Below, piece after piece: positions 1 through 13,529 of a DNA stretch of 64,000 nt. The notes below the pieces were generated by a model. That model was not told the DNA's origin, searched no databases, and saw nothing but the letters and a program-made list of their open reading frames with translations. Source of the DNA: Okamejei kenojei (lineage: Eukaryota). The translations under genes were made by a program, and so were the position numbers. The stretch's first letter is position 1; every line of letters starts with the position of its first letter. The DNA lies in NCBI GenBank assembly GCA_035221665.1, contig CM069155.1, forward strand, positions 29,636,001-29,700,000. Reading direction: 5' to 3'.

Positions 1-221
1 CTTAGTACCTGAAGATTTCGAAGACATTTATTTCGCCGTAATCATGTGTGTCCTTATTGGTTCCATGAAGTCAACCAGAACTCGTAGGTCTTGCTGCCAT
101 TGAGAGATCAGGTGTTATTTAGGCACCAGGTTATGCGGTTTTCAATCTCCTTCCTGCGCTCCGTCTCCCCCTCGGATGGATAAACCTTTACAGTATAGCT
201 TGTGTTAATTCTACTCTACCC

Positions 222-3200
222 GCGAGGAGCGTTAATCTCCGCACAAGCCTTTCGAAATATAGAGAATCGTGCCAAACAACTGGTATTGGAAATGGAAGTA
301 AGGCAATTAGATATGGAAAACGCAATCGCGCCTTCTTTAATAATACATAATAAAATTGCTGCACTGAAATATAAGTTAAACCAAATATATGCAGACCAAA
401 TCATGAAATTTTATCAAAAGACTAAAGTTACACTTTGAATTTGGTGATAAACCACAAACATTACTGGCACACCAACTCCGGAAACAGGAAGGGAAAAAAA
501 CAATATATAAAATTAAATCAGATACGGGAGAAATATTAACACTACCCAAGGATATTAATGATAGATTATCTCACTATTATCAAACACTTTATTCAACCAA
601 AACGGCAGGGGGTTCTGTAGGAATGGAGTTATTCTTACAGAACTGTAACCTTACTGGTTTAGACTTGAAAGAGAGGGAATTATTAGGGGCCGAAATATCA
701 GTAAAAGATATTGAAGAATCTATTAATTTAAAAAAAATGGAAAAGCCACTGGCCCAGATGGTTTAAATAGTAATTTTATTTTAAAAAAATCATGAATTGA
801 TCTCGCCACGCCTACAGACATTATATACTCAAGCATTCATGCAACAGAAACTCCAAGAAACTTTAAATTAATCAACAATAATACTTATACCAAAACGGAT
901 AAGGACCTTGAAGACCCAGGTTCATACAGAGCAATTGCTCTATTAAACATCGATCAGAAAATATTAACCAAAATTTTAGCACATAGATTAAGCTTAGTGA
1001 TTCATAAATTAATACACCCCAATCAAACTGGCTTTATTCCAAAACGTTATTCATATTATAATCTGACACAATTATTCAACATTATATATTCAAATCGAAT
1101 AGCTAATGTAGACTTAGCAGTCATTTAGCTTGATGCTGAGAAAGCATTCGATCAAGTTGAATGGCCCTATTTACTTTCGGTGATGGAAAATTTCAATTAG
1201 GTGAGAAGTTTTGTACTTGGGTTAAGCTTCTATACACCAACCCAACAGCCAGAATAATGACAAATCAAATGTTATCAAAAAAATCGATTTATCTAAAGGT
1301 TGTAGACAAGGATGCCCGCTATCTCCGTTACTATTCGCCCTTGCTATAGAACCACTAGCAGAAAGAGTTCGAGCACATCCAGAAATAAATGGGTATAATA
1401 CTAAAAAGACAGTTAATACAATTTCTCTATATGCAGATGATGTATTACGATATATGACAAATCCAGAAATTAGCATCCTTAACCTGTTAAATCTTATAAC
1501 TCAATTTGGTTTATTCTCGGGATACACAATAAACTGGAATAAGAGTGAGATTATGCCAATAATGGAACCTAATTTATATATATTGCAACAATCACCATTT
1601 AAAATAGTGAATGAAAAATTAAAATACTTAGGAATCAATGTGACCAAGAAATATACTTCTTTATTTAACTCAAATTTCGTACCTTTACTTAGTAAATTGC
1701 ATATGAATATTCAATATTGGAAAACACTTCCTATTTCAATGCTCGGTAAAATCAATGCTATTAAAATGATTTTCCTTCCTCAACTTCTATACCTCTTCCA
1801 ATCAATTCCGATATATCTACCTAAAAAGTCTTTAAAAAAGTTGACTCTATTGTAACAAGTTTTATTTGGAATTATAAGAATCACAGAATAAGTAAAGAAC
1901 ACTTATGTAAATCCAAGACGAATGGAGGATTAGTCTTACCAAATTTCTTATTTTATTTCTGGGCAGTCAATGTCAAAAACTTAAATTTCTGGTTGAAAGA
2001 TATGGATCAACAACCAGACTGGTTAAAAATGGAAAAGGAGGATTGTCTGCCATTTGAAATTGACCCGATTTTCTTAACTCCTACAAAATTGAATAAAAAT
2101 ATTTATAGTGAAAACCCAATAATACATAGCGGTATTCGAATTTGGAAACAAATTAAAAAAACATTAAAATTGGATAATTTATCACTTTCGCTCCATATTG
2201 CAAATAACCCTTCATTTAAACCTTCAGTATTGGATAAAGGTTTTGCACAATGGAAAAACTATGGAATTAAAAAGATGGGACATCTTTATAGAAAAGGTGT
2301 GTCCTCTCGTTTCAGGAGGTTCAACAGAATTATGGATTACATTCAAATAATTTTTTTAGATTAATTCAACTGAAAGATTATGTTAAATCACATACACAAG
2401 AATATAGAATTAGAGAGCCAGAGATTCTAGATGAATGTTTGATTGAACATCCCAACACTGTCAAATTAATATCTTACATTTATAATATTCTTTTAGATAG
2501 TGAGAATCCGTCGATGGAATTACATAGACAAGCATGGGAAAATGAATTAGTTCAACCCATAACGAAAGATATTTGGGATGAAAGTACTACAACATATACA
2601 TCAATGTTCGTTAAAAAACGCCAGACATTCTTTAATACAATTTAAAATATTACATAGATTGCATTATTCTAAAACAAAATTAAATAGAATTTTTCCTGAT
2701 ATTTCTCCTATCTGCGACAAATGTCAATATTCCGAGGCTAACTTAACCCATACCTTTGTAAATTGCATACAAATTAAAACATTTTGGGTGTATATTTTTA
2801 AAATTATTTCCGTAGTGGTTAATACTCAATTGGAGCTCGATTCTAAATTAATAATATTGGGCATATCTGAACAAGACCTAAAACTTACAATAAACCGAAG
2901 AAATTTCCTTAATTATAGTATAATAACTGGGAAAAGATTAATATTAAAATTTTGGAAAAATCCTGCACCCCCACAATTAAAATGTAGATAATGGAGATGT
3001 CGGAGACCTTAAATCTGGAAAAAAATAGATTTGACTTAATTGACAAACCAGAATTATTTATTAGAATATGGTTTCCGTTCATAGATTATTTGAAGGGGTA
3101 GAATGGATCGGCGCTGATACCTGACGGAAGCTTGAATCCAGGACTAGATGAATAGTTATGTTTTCTTGCCTATGGACCTATCTCCTAAGTTGTATTATGG

Positions 3201-3295
3201 ATAGTTTACTCTATTTTTTCTAATTTTCTTTTCCTTTTCTTTATTTTTTCTATCTATTAAAAAATAAAAAAATTAAAAAAAATAAAAAAATTAAA
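222..3295 (+). mobile_element. 5'-truncated L1 (LINE-1 clade) retrotransposon: ORF2 3' two-thirds, 3'UTR and A-rich tail; decayed
   Basis: Fragmented ORF2 with RT motifs (DAEKAFD near 1132-1150, QGCPLSPLLF near 1308-1337, YADD near 1428-1442) and C-terminal CCHC-type region (CDKC...HTFVNC). A-rich tail 3259-3295. Perfect 15-bp TSD AATTCTACTCTACCC at 207-221 and 3296-3310. Confidence 0.95.
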
Positions 3296-3439
3296 AATTC
3301 TACTCTACCCATAGTGGCGCTCATTTGCAGACGTGATCATACCAGGATGTGCAGATTCCACGAGAGGTTGTGAATCGGTCCGCGTTTCGAACGTGAGCAC
3401 TTTGTGGTCTTTACTGTTTCTTTAATAAAGGCCATTTTT

Positions 3440-4022
3440 AAACATTTTGGTTTCACCATGTAGAAATTACAGCAGTGTTTATACATAGTCCCCCCATTTC
3501 AGGGCATCATAATATTTGGGACACAGCAATGTCATGTAAATTAAAATAGTCCAGTTTAGTATTTTGTTGCATGCATCCTTTGCATGCAATGACTGCTTGA
3601 AGTCTGCGATTCATGGACATCACCAGTTGCTGGGTGTCTTCTCTGGTAATGCTCTGCCAGGCTTGTATTGCAGCTATCTTTAGGTTATTTTTGTTTTCTG
3701 CACTAGTCCCCTTTAGTTTGAGCTTCAGCATGTAAAAGGCATGCTGAATTCGGTTCAGATCGGGTGATTGACTTTGCCACTCAAGAAGTGACAATTTGTT
3801 AGCTTTGAAAAACGAATTTGTTACTTTCGCAGTATATTTGGGATCATTTTCTTGCTGTAGAATGAACCGCCGGCCAATGAGTTTTGAGGCATTTGTTTGA
3901 ACATGAGCTGATAGAATGTGTCTATACACTTCAGAAATCATTATGATACTACCATCAGCAGTTGTAACATCAATGAAGATAAGTGAGCCAGTACCTTCAG
4001 CAGCCATACATGCGCAGGCCAT
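3440..4022 (-). mobile_element. Tc1/mariner transposon remnant (transposase C-terminal catalytic region and 3' end)
   Basis: ORF 3507-4064(-) contains FILQQENDPKYT (consensus QQDNDPKH) and WQSQSPDLNRIQH (consensus WPSQSPDLNPIE). Catalytic residues are mutated. Boundaries approximate. Confidence 0.85.
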
Positions 4023-4672
4023 ATGATTGATTGAGATTTTGAAGATGTGACCAAAAAGGTCCATGAAGGCATTTCTGTAGAATTGTATACATTAATTTTA
4101 GTAAGGCATTTGTTAAGGTTCGGCATGCAATGCTGCTCTAGAACGTTAGATCTCGTGGGTTTCAAGGAGAGGTAACTGAATTGATAGAACATTGGCTTCA
4201 TGGTAGGAAGCAGAGGGTGATGGTGGAAGATTCGTTTGCCGACGGAAGGACTCTGACAAGTGGTGTGCCTCGGGGTGCGGAGCTGGGCCCAATGCTGTTT
4301 GTAATCTCTGACAATGATTTGGATGAGATGGTACATGGCAAAGTCAGCAAGTTTGCAGGTGACATAAAGGTGATTGTATTGTAGATTGTAAAGATGTTTT
4401 TCAAAAATTGCAGCTGGAACTTGATCTTGTTCGGTTGCCTACTTTGGCCTTCATCAGTCACAGTATTGAGTATCGAGGTTGGGATGTCATGTTGCAGTTG
4501 CATAAGACATTGGTGTGGATGCAGTTAGAATATTATGTTCATTTTTGGCACCTTGTTACAAGAACATTGTTGTCAAGCCGGAAAGGGTGCAGATAAGGTT
4601 TATGAAGATGGGAACTCGAGGTCCCGAGCTATGGGGACTGGTTGAGCAGGCTAGGACTCAATTCCTTAGCAG
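4023..4672 (+). mobile_element. Degenerate CR1 LINE RT fragment
   Basis: WLHGRKQRVMV...SGVPRGAELGPMLF...KVSKFAGD and LQLHKTLV..QLEYYVHFW match CR1 ORF2 motifs. Confidence 0.85.
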
Positions 4673-5160
4673 GAGGCATTACACCGTTTCACCCTCTTAC
4701 TGGTCTTTGCCCTTCGCTTCCGACGTCTCCTGTTCCCTCCCGGTTATGCCGTCTGCCGAGCCTTCGGGCAGTTTCTGGATGCCCGTCGATCATCGAGCCT
4801 TCGGGCGGGCTCCCGCCGACCGCGAGATTTCCGGCGGACGCCGTTGAGCCTCTCAGTCGACGCTCGAACCCACCGGAAACCCCGGCGGGCGACCGGGTTT
4901 ACCGGTCGGGTCCTGAGATGGTCGGTCCACGGCCGGCGAGACGGGCCTGCTAGCCGCTGCTTGCCGGGTTCAAAATGCCCTTGAAACATTTATTCTCACT
5001 TCCGGTGGCGCTATGGAGCCCTAGAGGATAGCGCCAGCCAGCTTCGTAAAAACATCGGAAAAAAACGGGGTTTAAAAAGACTTACCGGCTGTCTGCTACA
5101 CACTGCCGTCCGTTTCTATACCGACTGTGCCGAGTGACGTCATCAGCCCTGCGACTAACT

Positions 5161-6300
5161 ATGTCGACGACACGGAGCCCTACCGACAAGAGTAAAACTC
5201 GTTCAACCCCGACAGAAAGCGGCAGAAGGCCGAGGTGAAGCCTCGGATTCGAGTAGGACTAGCTCCATGGAAGATGTTTCCAAGAAACCAGGCACAAAAA
5301 CGGAAAAGGTGAGGATTTGAAAACTTTTGATATCTCAACAGATGGCTAATTTAAAGCTAGAATTAAAGGAAGAAATGAAAGGTATAAAGGAAGAATTAAA
5401 GGAAGAAATATGTCCAAATAAACAATCAGATGGATCAGATGAAAAATCAATTGATTGAATTTCAAAAAGAAACAATGTTAAAAATTGAAAAAAAAGGTCA
5501 AGAAAGTATCGGAAGATTTGAAGAAAGAACTTATTGGAAATGCTTAAGGATATGGAAACTAAGATGGAGAAAAAACTTGAAAAGGTTAAAAAAAGAACTT
5601 TCAAAATAAGATTAATCCTATTGAGAATGTGCTGGAACAACAGGCAGCTGGCATGAAGAACCTTGAACAGATAGCGGGGCAAGTACTGAGTCTACATGCA
5701 AAGCTGATAACAGAACATGAACGTCTAATGACTTTGCTGACTAAAACAACAGAGAAATGTACTCAGCTAGAAGGCTATCAGAGAAGACAGAACTTGAGGA
5801 TCGCAAGGGATTCCCGGGGTCTCGAGAAACACGAAGATCCTCGAGAATTCACTGCTAAAACTACTTCAAAATGTTTTATCTCTGGATGAAATGCCTTTAT
5901 TAGCTCGTGCACATAGAGTCGGCAGACATCAAACCAGTATAAATTTTATAATGCCCCCCCAAGACAAATGATCATAAAGCTACAATATGATTTTGTCCTG
6001 GAGGAGATCATGCGGAAAGCTGCGAGAAATAGGAATTTGACATTTGAAGGACAAAGGATCAGTATCTATCGAGATTACCCTCCAGAGGTTGCTAGAAAAA
6101 CGAAGCTTTTAATGAAGCCAAAAGCCTAATGAGGGGTGTAGAAAATCTGAGATACGGTTTGAATTACCCAGCCATTCTAAGAGTTACTTTTAACAGTGGA
6201 GCATTTCTTTAAAACCCCAGAAGCAGCCTTGGATTTCGCAAAGCAGTTTTCAAGCCTTGAAAAGTATTTACAAGCAAACATACTGACTTTTACTATTTTT
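5161..6300 (+). pseudogene. L1 ORF1p (coiled coil, RRM, CTD), frameshifted
   Basis: K/E-rich coiled-coil segment, then LEGYQRRQNLRI (RRxNLRI motif), RAHR, IYRDYPPEV and FKTPEAA. Broken by 1-nt indels; ends approximate. Confidence 0.85.
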
Positions 6301-7244
6301 AAGAGACCCAAAATGGAGTCTCAACATTACCAGCAGCCTTGGATTTCGCAAAGCAGCTCGAGTCTTGAAAAGTATCTACAAGCAAACATACTGACTTTTT
6401 CTACTTTTAGAGACCAATACGGACACTCAACATTCGTGAGATTTCATATGATAATATGGGACTAGAAGTAATGGAAGTAATGACAATGCCGTACGGAATG
6501 AAGAGGAAAAAAACTGGATTGGAAGACGTTTTCTGGATACTGACAATTAGTCTTAACATATAACTAATATAAACAAATAACACACATATTAAATCACAAC
6601 GCGGTTTTATTTTCACTATGATTATTATTAATCAAGATTGCTCACTTTTGCTAATTAATATCACTAATAATTAATAACTAATGTCTCGTTAATGAATGGA
6701 GTTAAATTTAGCTATGGATCTCATTTGGAGATCCTTTTTTTCTAATAATAATTTTTATTTTGTACTTTAAATTATATTTTTTATGTTTAATACTGCTTAG
6801 ATTTCTAAGTTAATTTTAGATATAGATACCCTTATATGACGACTACCACCACTTTTTTCATTCCTTTAATATTACACCCCAGTTAAAAATATATTGATGG
6901 AATAATAATTCCTCAAATCTAGGAGCTGGCCAAGTTTAATAACAACAATGCCGGAAGTCCTTAGATGGATAGCCAAGTTAATATGGCTAACACAAACTAC
7001 AAATACTTTATTTGTAGTTTTTTTCCTTCTTTACACAAACTATTAATTTCTTTAACTATATCTTTACTATCCTTTTATATCTATTGTATTTTTCAGTTTG
7101 AATGGAGTTACACATTGGACCAATGGAGATATATTCGTGAGGTATATAAAAGAGATTTAAAATTCATCTATTCGGTATTCGGGTGTAAGGTTAGGTCTAC
7201 TGCGCTGACCCTTAGACTCTATTGCAGATTCCCACAAACTTAAA

Positions 7245-10200
7245 ATGCCAAACTTAAAAAGAAATACGGGAATGAGGGATTAACATTTTGCAGTTGGAAC
7301 GTTAAAGGTATTAATGAACCAATAAAGAGAGGAAAAATATTGACACATTTAAAGGCAATTAAAGCTGATGTAATTTATATTCAAGAAACCCACTTAAAAA
7401 TAGACGCTGAAAACAGGTTGAAAGCTAAATGGATAGACAAAATATATCATTCTTCTTTTACGCATAAATCAAGAGGTGTAGCAATATTATTTCGTAAAGG
7501 TACTTTATTTAAGCATACATCAACTATATCTGATAAAGATGGTAGATACATTATTGTGTTAGAAATAAACACAGAAAAAATGATTTTCGTTAATATATAT
7601 GGACCAAATTTTGATAGCCCTTTGTTTTTTAAGAAAGTACTTAACAATATTCCGGAATTAACACATTATAATTTGATAATTGGAGGAGATTTTAATTGTA
7701 CATTTAGACCCTTACCTAGACAGATCTTCAAAACAAAGAAAAACTAAATCACATTCAGTGATTTATTAAATGCATATATTCAAACGACTAATATTAAAGA
7801 TGTTTGGAGAATAGAAAACCCTACTGGTCGAGAATACTCTTTTTTCTCACCAGTACATAAAACTTACTCAAGAATAGATTATTTTCTGGTAGATGCAAAG
7901 CTTATCTCACTTACTTACGAACCCAAATATCATAATATTATAATCTCAGATCATGCACCATTAACATTTAAAATTAAAATAAATGGTAAAACAGAAAATT
8001 GTGGACAATGGAAACTTAATCCACAAATTTTAAAAAATAAAACCACTCAGGAATATATTATAACTCAAATTAAGATTTTTTTTGAAATAAATGATCAACC
8101 AGAAATATCTCGCTCTTTATTATGGGAAACATTTTAAAGCATATCTTCGAGGAATTATGATTTCTTCACAAGCATTCCATAATAAAAAGATTCGGAAGGA
8201 ACAACAGGACTTGGAAAGGGAGATTAAACAATTAGATATACAGAATGCAATAAAACCAGATATAATAATAAATAATAAAATTGTAGCATTGAAATATAAA
8301 TTAAATAAAATATATACTGATCAAGTTTTAAAATTTTATCAACATACTAAACAATTACAGTTTGAATTTGGAGACAAACCCCAAAAATTATTAGCTCGAC
8401 AATTAAGGAAAATTGAAGCTGAAAAAATTATACATAGGATTAAATCACAAAATGGTGATTTATTAATACAACCTAAAGATATTAATGAAAGATTTATGCA
8501 ATATTATAAAAAATCTATATACTGCTAAAGCGACAGTAAATAAAACAGAAATAGATGCCTTTTTTAAAAAAAAATGTAACTTAAAAGGTTTGGATTTACA
8601 AAATAAAGAACTATTAAATGCTGATATTTTCAATAAAAGAAATCCAAGAATCTATTAGATCATTAAAAAATGGTAAAACCCCGGGACCGGATGGTATAGG
8701 CTCGGAATTTTATAAAATTTTTCATGATCATATGGTCCCATATTGAAATCATCATATGAACAGTATATACACAACAGAAATTACCAGATACGCTGAACGA
8801 GTCTATTATAACACTTATACCTAAAATAAATAAAGACTTGGATGAACCAGGATCATATAGAGCAATAGCTCTATTAAATACGGATCAAAGATTTAACAAA
8901 AATATTAGCACAAAGAATTAAGTACAGTTGTCAATGAATTAATTCATCCCGATCAAACAGGATTTATATCTAAAAGATATTCCTCATATAATCTAAGACG
9001 TTATTTAATATTATATATTCGAAAAGAAGTGATAAAAAAGATTTAGTAGTTATCTCGCTGGATGCAGAAAAAGCTTTTGACCAAGTGGAATGGCCTTATC
9101 TATTTTCGGTGATGGAAGCTTTCAAGCTCGGTGAGAAGTTTACTACTTGGGTTAAATTGTTATATGCAAACCCAACAGCTAGAATAACAACAAACCGTAT
9201 GTTATCTACTAAATTTAGTTTATCTCGAGGTTGTAGACAAGGCTGTCCTCTATCACCTTTATTGTTCGCGCTAGCAATAGAACCTCTCGCCCAAAGGGTG
9301 AGATTACATCCGGAAATACATGGATATGATACTAAAGATACTAAGAATAAAATCTCCTTATATGCGGACGATGTATTACTTTATATCACTGAACCGGAAA
9401 TAAGTATCCGAAATTTGTTAAAACTAATAACGGAATTTGGATTAATCTCAGGATACAGTATCAATTGGAATAAAAGTGAACTTATGCCAATAACGATGAA
9501 TAATTTACAGATATTACAACAGTTTCCTTTCAAGATAACAAATGAAAATATTAAATATCTTGGCATTTTTCGTTACAAAAAGATTTGATTCTTTATTTAA
9601 ATCTAACTCCCGTTATTACTGAACAAATTAAATAAGAATATTTTTATACTGGAAGTTTACCTATTTCAATGTTAGGTAAAATCAACGCGATAAAAATGAT
9701 TTTTCTCCCACAATTATTATATTTATTTCAATTAATACCGATATATCTCCCTAAAAATTTTTTTTAAAAATTAGACTCCCTAGTTACTAACTTATTTGGG
9801 ATTATAAGAACCACAGAATAAATAAAAAACACTTATGTAAAGCTAAAATAAACGGGGGATTAGCATTACCAAATTTTATGTTTTATTATTGGGCAGTTTA
9901 ATATCAAAAACATGAATTTATTGGCTAGAAGACATAGATAATAAACCAAACTGGTTAAAAATGGAAAAAGAAGATTGTTCTCCATTTGAAATTAGTTCTA
10001 TAATAATTTGCTAATACTAACGTGACTAAGAAAATTTATAGTGAAAACCCGATAATAGAAAACGGAATCGGCATTTGGAAACAAATAAAGAAAACATTAA
10101 AATTAAAATCTATACCGTTAGGTCTTACCATTGCCAATAATTTTACGTTTAAAACTTCAACGATGGATAAGGCTTTTTTACAATGGAAAAATAAAGGAAT

Positions 10201-11059
10201 TTTAAACATAGGGGATCTTTATAAGGAAAGCTCTTTTCTTTCATTTCAAGAGTTACAACAAACTTATGGACTACAAAACAATGAATATTTTAGATATTTA
10301 CAAATCAGAAACTATATCTCTGCAAATACACAAAACTTAGAATAGAAAGACTGAAATTTTAGATGAATGCTTGAATAAACATCCAAATACAGAAAAAATG
10401 ATATCATATATTTATAATATTTTATTGGAAAGTGATATCCCATCAACGGAAATACATAGACAGATTTGGGAAAATGAATTTAGGTCAAATAATAAGCTCA
10501 GAAATATGGGACGAAAGCTTACAACACATACATCATTGTTCGTTTAAATGCTAAACATGTTCTTATACAGTTTAAAATTCTACATAGACTACATTATTCC
10601 AAATCTAAATTACATAATATATTTCCAAAATTATCGCCTATATGTGATAAATGTCAAATCTCAGAAGCAAATTTGTCACATTCATTCACTAATTGTATAA
10701 AGATTGTAGAATATTGGAACGAAATATTTAAGATAATTTCGAATGTTATTAATATTACTATGATTTCTGATCCAAAGTTAATAATACTTGGAATACTTGA
10801 AACGGACCAACTAGTTACAATGAACCAAAGAATTTTTATCGATTATTGTCTAATAATTGGGAAAAAATTAATACTAAAATTTTGGAAAGGCCCTGCATCC
10901 CCAACAATTAAAATGTGGAATACAGAAATGTCGGAGACACTTCATTTGGAGAGATTGAGGCTTGTCCTTATGGATAGGTTAGATCTCTTCAGAGAGATTT
11001 GGTCTCCATATATTAAATATTTACAGGGTCATAACGGTTCGGCGCGAAGACTTGACTGA
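7245..11059 (+). pseudogene. L1 ORF2p (APE endonuclease, reverse transcriptase, CCHC), frameshifted
   Basis: SWNVKG, IQETHL, GGDFN, SRIDY, SDH (EN); DAEKAFD, GCRQGCPLSPLLF, YADD, IKYLGI (RT); CDKC..HSFTNC. Breaks are mostly 1-nt indels in homopolymers. Confidence 0.92.
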
Positions 11060-11721
11060 GGCCTGAATATCTGAATGGATGAAGAAACATATATAATAAA
11101 TCATGAATATATCTCCAAGGACGAATTAATGAATAATATTTCAATCTCCATCAAACTTTCAACACTCTCTTTTCTATTTTCTATTCTTTATTTTTTTCTA
11201 TCCTTAATTAGAAAAAAAAGTATAGAAACACATTATATTAAATTTTTAATATTAATGCGAATATAGATATCATTACTTGTATGAAAATATTATTGATGTC
11301 CTGTATTTTTAATTACATAAAATTGTGTAGTTTCAACTATATAATAATTTAGAAATATAAAGTCAATAATAATACAAACACTCTTATTATTATGAAAATA
11401 TAATGAATATTATAGAAGTTCGGTTAATATTGTGTATTATACAATTATAACATGGGGGACTTGTATTTTGAAATCAGAGGAAATATGGATATTATGACTA
11501 GTATGAGTATATTGCTAATATTAGGAAGATACTATACACACTCCCAATTATACAAAATAATTAACCTTGATATGTATAATTGATAATATTATAAATAATA
11601 TAAACAGTATCAATTTATCATTAATATTATATAGTTTTTATCGTTGTATAAGAGTGTATTTTGTAATTACTTTGTTTCTATAATAAAAAAAAAAAAAAAA
11701 AAAAAAAGAAACATTTATTCT

Positions 11722-12260
11722 GTCCTCCCAATATCATTGCACAATAGAGCTCAGAGTAGAGTGCTTGCTTCAGCAGTTTGGTCTTGGATCTGGTCGTCAA
11801 GGATATGGACTCCAAATGACCAGCCCTGCCATCCCTTACTCACACACAGCTCCCAACAACGTTGAGCAACTGATCACAACGTGGATACTTTTAGTGTTGG
11901 CCTGTGAACCAATGTTTGCAAACCTTCACTTCTGGTGCCAATCGTTTTGGACGGTCTCAAGTACAACACATTGTCAACCTTGTCCGTTGATTCGTCAGGT
12001 TACATTAATGAGAGACATGTCAAGAATCTGTCAATTGCTGTTGTTGGTTAGCAGAAATTGTTTTTCATGCCATGTTCGAGGTATTGACCTTCCAACGTCA
12101 GTTTCCAAAATCTGCGTGAGGCTCTGTACAAGCATCACCTGTGATTTTTAGACATCAAAGCCTGCCTTGCTTGTGAGGACACATGGAATGTGATCCCCAA
12201 TTTTCAAAGTATGCTGTGTTCTTGAAATTTGATTTTTGAGGAGAGGTGCAGGGTGAGTGG
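11722..12260 (-). other. Possible highly decayed Crypton-type tyrosine recombinase fragment
   Basis: Minus-strand translation gives ordered QEHSIL, MSKNHR, C*PTTAIDRFL, LYLRP, WFTGQ and H-SLTTRSKTKL, resembling Crypton/DUF3504 YR motifs. Needs several stops and frameshifts; by-eye match only. Confidence 0.35.
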
Positions 12261-12614
12261 TATTCTTCTGTAGGGACAGTTATATGAAGCGCGATTGCTC
12301 GCTGCCATGTAGCGTCCAACATGGAGGGTAGCTACAATGCTCAGAAGAAAAGCTGACGACTATATGGAGCCCTGCCTCTACAATTACCCTTGCAATTGAA
12401 TTATACGCCTGTGCTTTCACCTCTTACCGTCGTCTTACCGTTCAGGGATCGTAAGACCCTTTCAGTGTTGTGTTCACGGTACACATTCCTTTACATACGA
12501 GGACACAAACATGCATGGCTTAATGGAGCACCCGTACTCAGTCCGTAAATTGAATCCGGAGCTTCAATTTCGGCCTTTCTGTGTGGCTTCTTATGATATT
12601 TTTGATAAGTGGAT

Positions 12615-12778
12615 CAGTAGAGATAGACGAATTCTTGATAAGAACGGTTTCAAGGGTTTTGGGGAGAAAGCAGGAAAATGAGACCAGGAGGCTTAGATCA
12701 GCCATGATTGAGTGCGCAGTAGACTCGATTGTCCGAACAGCCTAATTCTACTCCTATAACTTGTGAACGTGAACTTGT
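12615..12778 (+). mobile_element. CR1 3' end fragment
   Basis: ggggagaaagcagg...gatcagccatgattga...gcctaattctactccta matches the 3'UTR of the CR1 copies elsewhere in the window. Confidence 0.7.
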
Positions 12779-13231
12779 TATTGTAACGAGTTACAGCTAT
12801 CCCGATTCAGAATCAAATTTCCTAATTTTAGGCTAATCAGTCGTTTTTTCTGCTTCTATCAGAGCTGATCATTTATGCCCGTCCTCATTTGGCTCCTTTT
12901 TCTTTATTCTATACTTTTACTCCGTACCGCAGAACATGTTCCTCTGCCTCTCCATTAACAAGGAAATAGATCGATAATTAAATATACGGCAATGGACGTG
13001 CAACTGGCCGTTCATCCAGTTAAAATCTACCAGAGGAACTTTGTTCTCGACATCTCCCCCTCCACCCCCTTCCAACCTTTTCTGGCACTGACAACGAAAT
13101 AGTTTTTCTCTCTATCTCCGTGTGCCAGCTGAATTTGTTCTCTTTCCATGACGTTAGCTGACCTGTTGAGAGTTTTCAGTGTTTTTTTCCTGACTTTTTA
13201 ATTATTGTAACTAAAGTAGACATTACCTATC

Positions 13232-13393
13232 GTTTAAAGTAAGAACTGCAGTCGCTGGAAAAAAATATGGAGAATCTCAGCCGGTGAGGCAGCACCTATG
13301 GAGCGAAGGAATGGTTGAAGTTGCGAGATCAGTCTAAAGAAGGGTCTCGACCCGAAACGTCACCCATTCCTTCGCTCCATAGATGTTGCCCAT
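13232..13393. mobile_element. Short Penelope-derived hammerhead element, head-to-head form, with TSD
   Basis: 12-bp TSD ACATTACCTATC at 13220-13231 and 13394-13405. Core ctaaagaagggtctcgacccgaaacgtc at 13334-13361 has a G-to-A change in CTGA. Confidence 0.8.
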
Positions 13394-13529
13394 ACATTAC
13401 CTATCTGTTGGCCTTGCTCTTTCAAATTTGTTTCGCTGTTTCGACACTTTTATTCACATAAAATGATTTAAGTATTTTTATCTACCACATCCCATTAGTT
13501 ATCAATTTAATAATTTGCAAGGTTATGCG

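Larger units (their letters stand above)
4997..11707 (+). mobile_element. Full-length (~6.7 kb) L1 retrotransposon: 5'UTR, ORF1, spacer, ORF2, 3'UTR, poly(A)
   Basis: Perfect 14-bp TSD GAAACATTTATTCT at 4983-4996 and 11708-11721. Starts CACTTCCGG. Has ORF1, EN, RT and CCHC coding remnants, then AATAAA running into a poly(A) tail ending at 11707. Confidence 0.96.

Noticed and set aside
4642-4989. GC-rich overlapping ORFs, or a CpG-island promoter of a host gene
   Set aside because: No recognisable domain or linked exons; more likely part of the repeat into which the L1 inserted.
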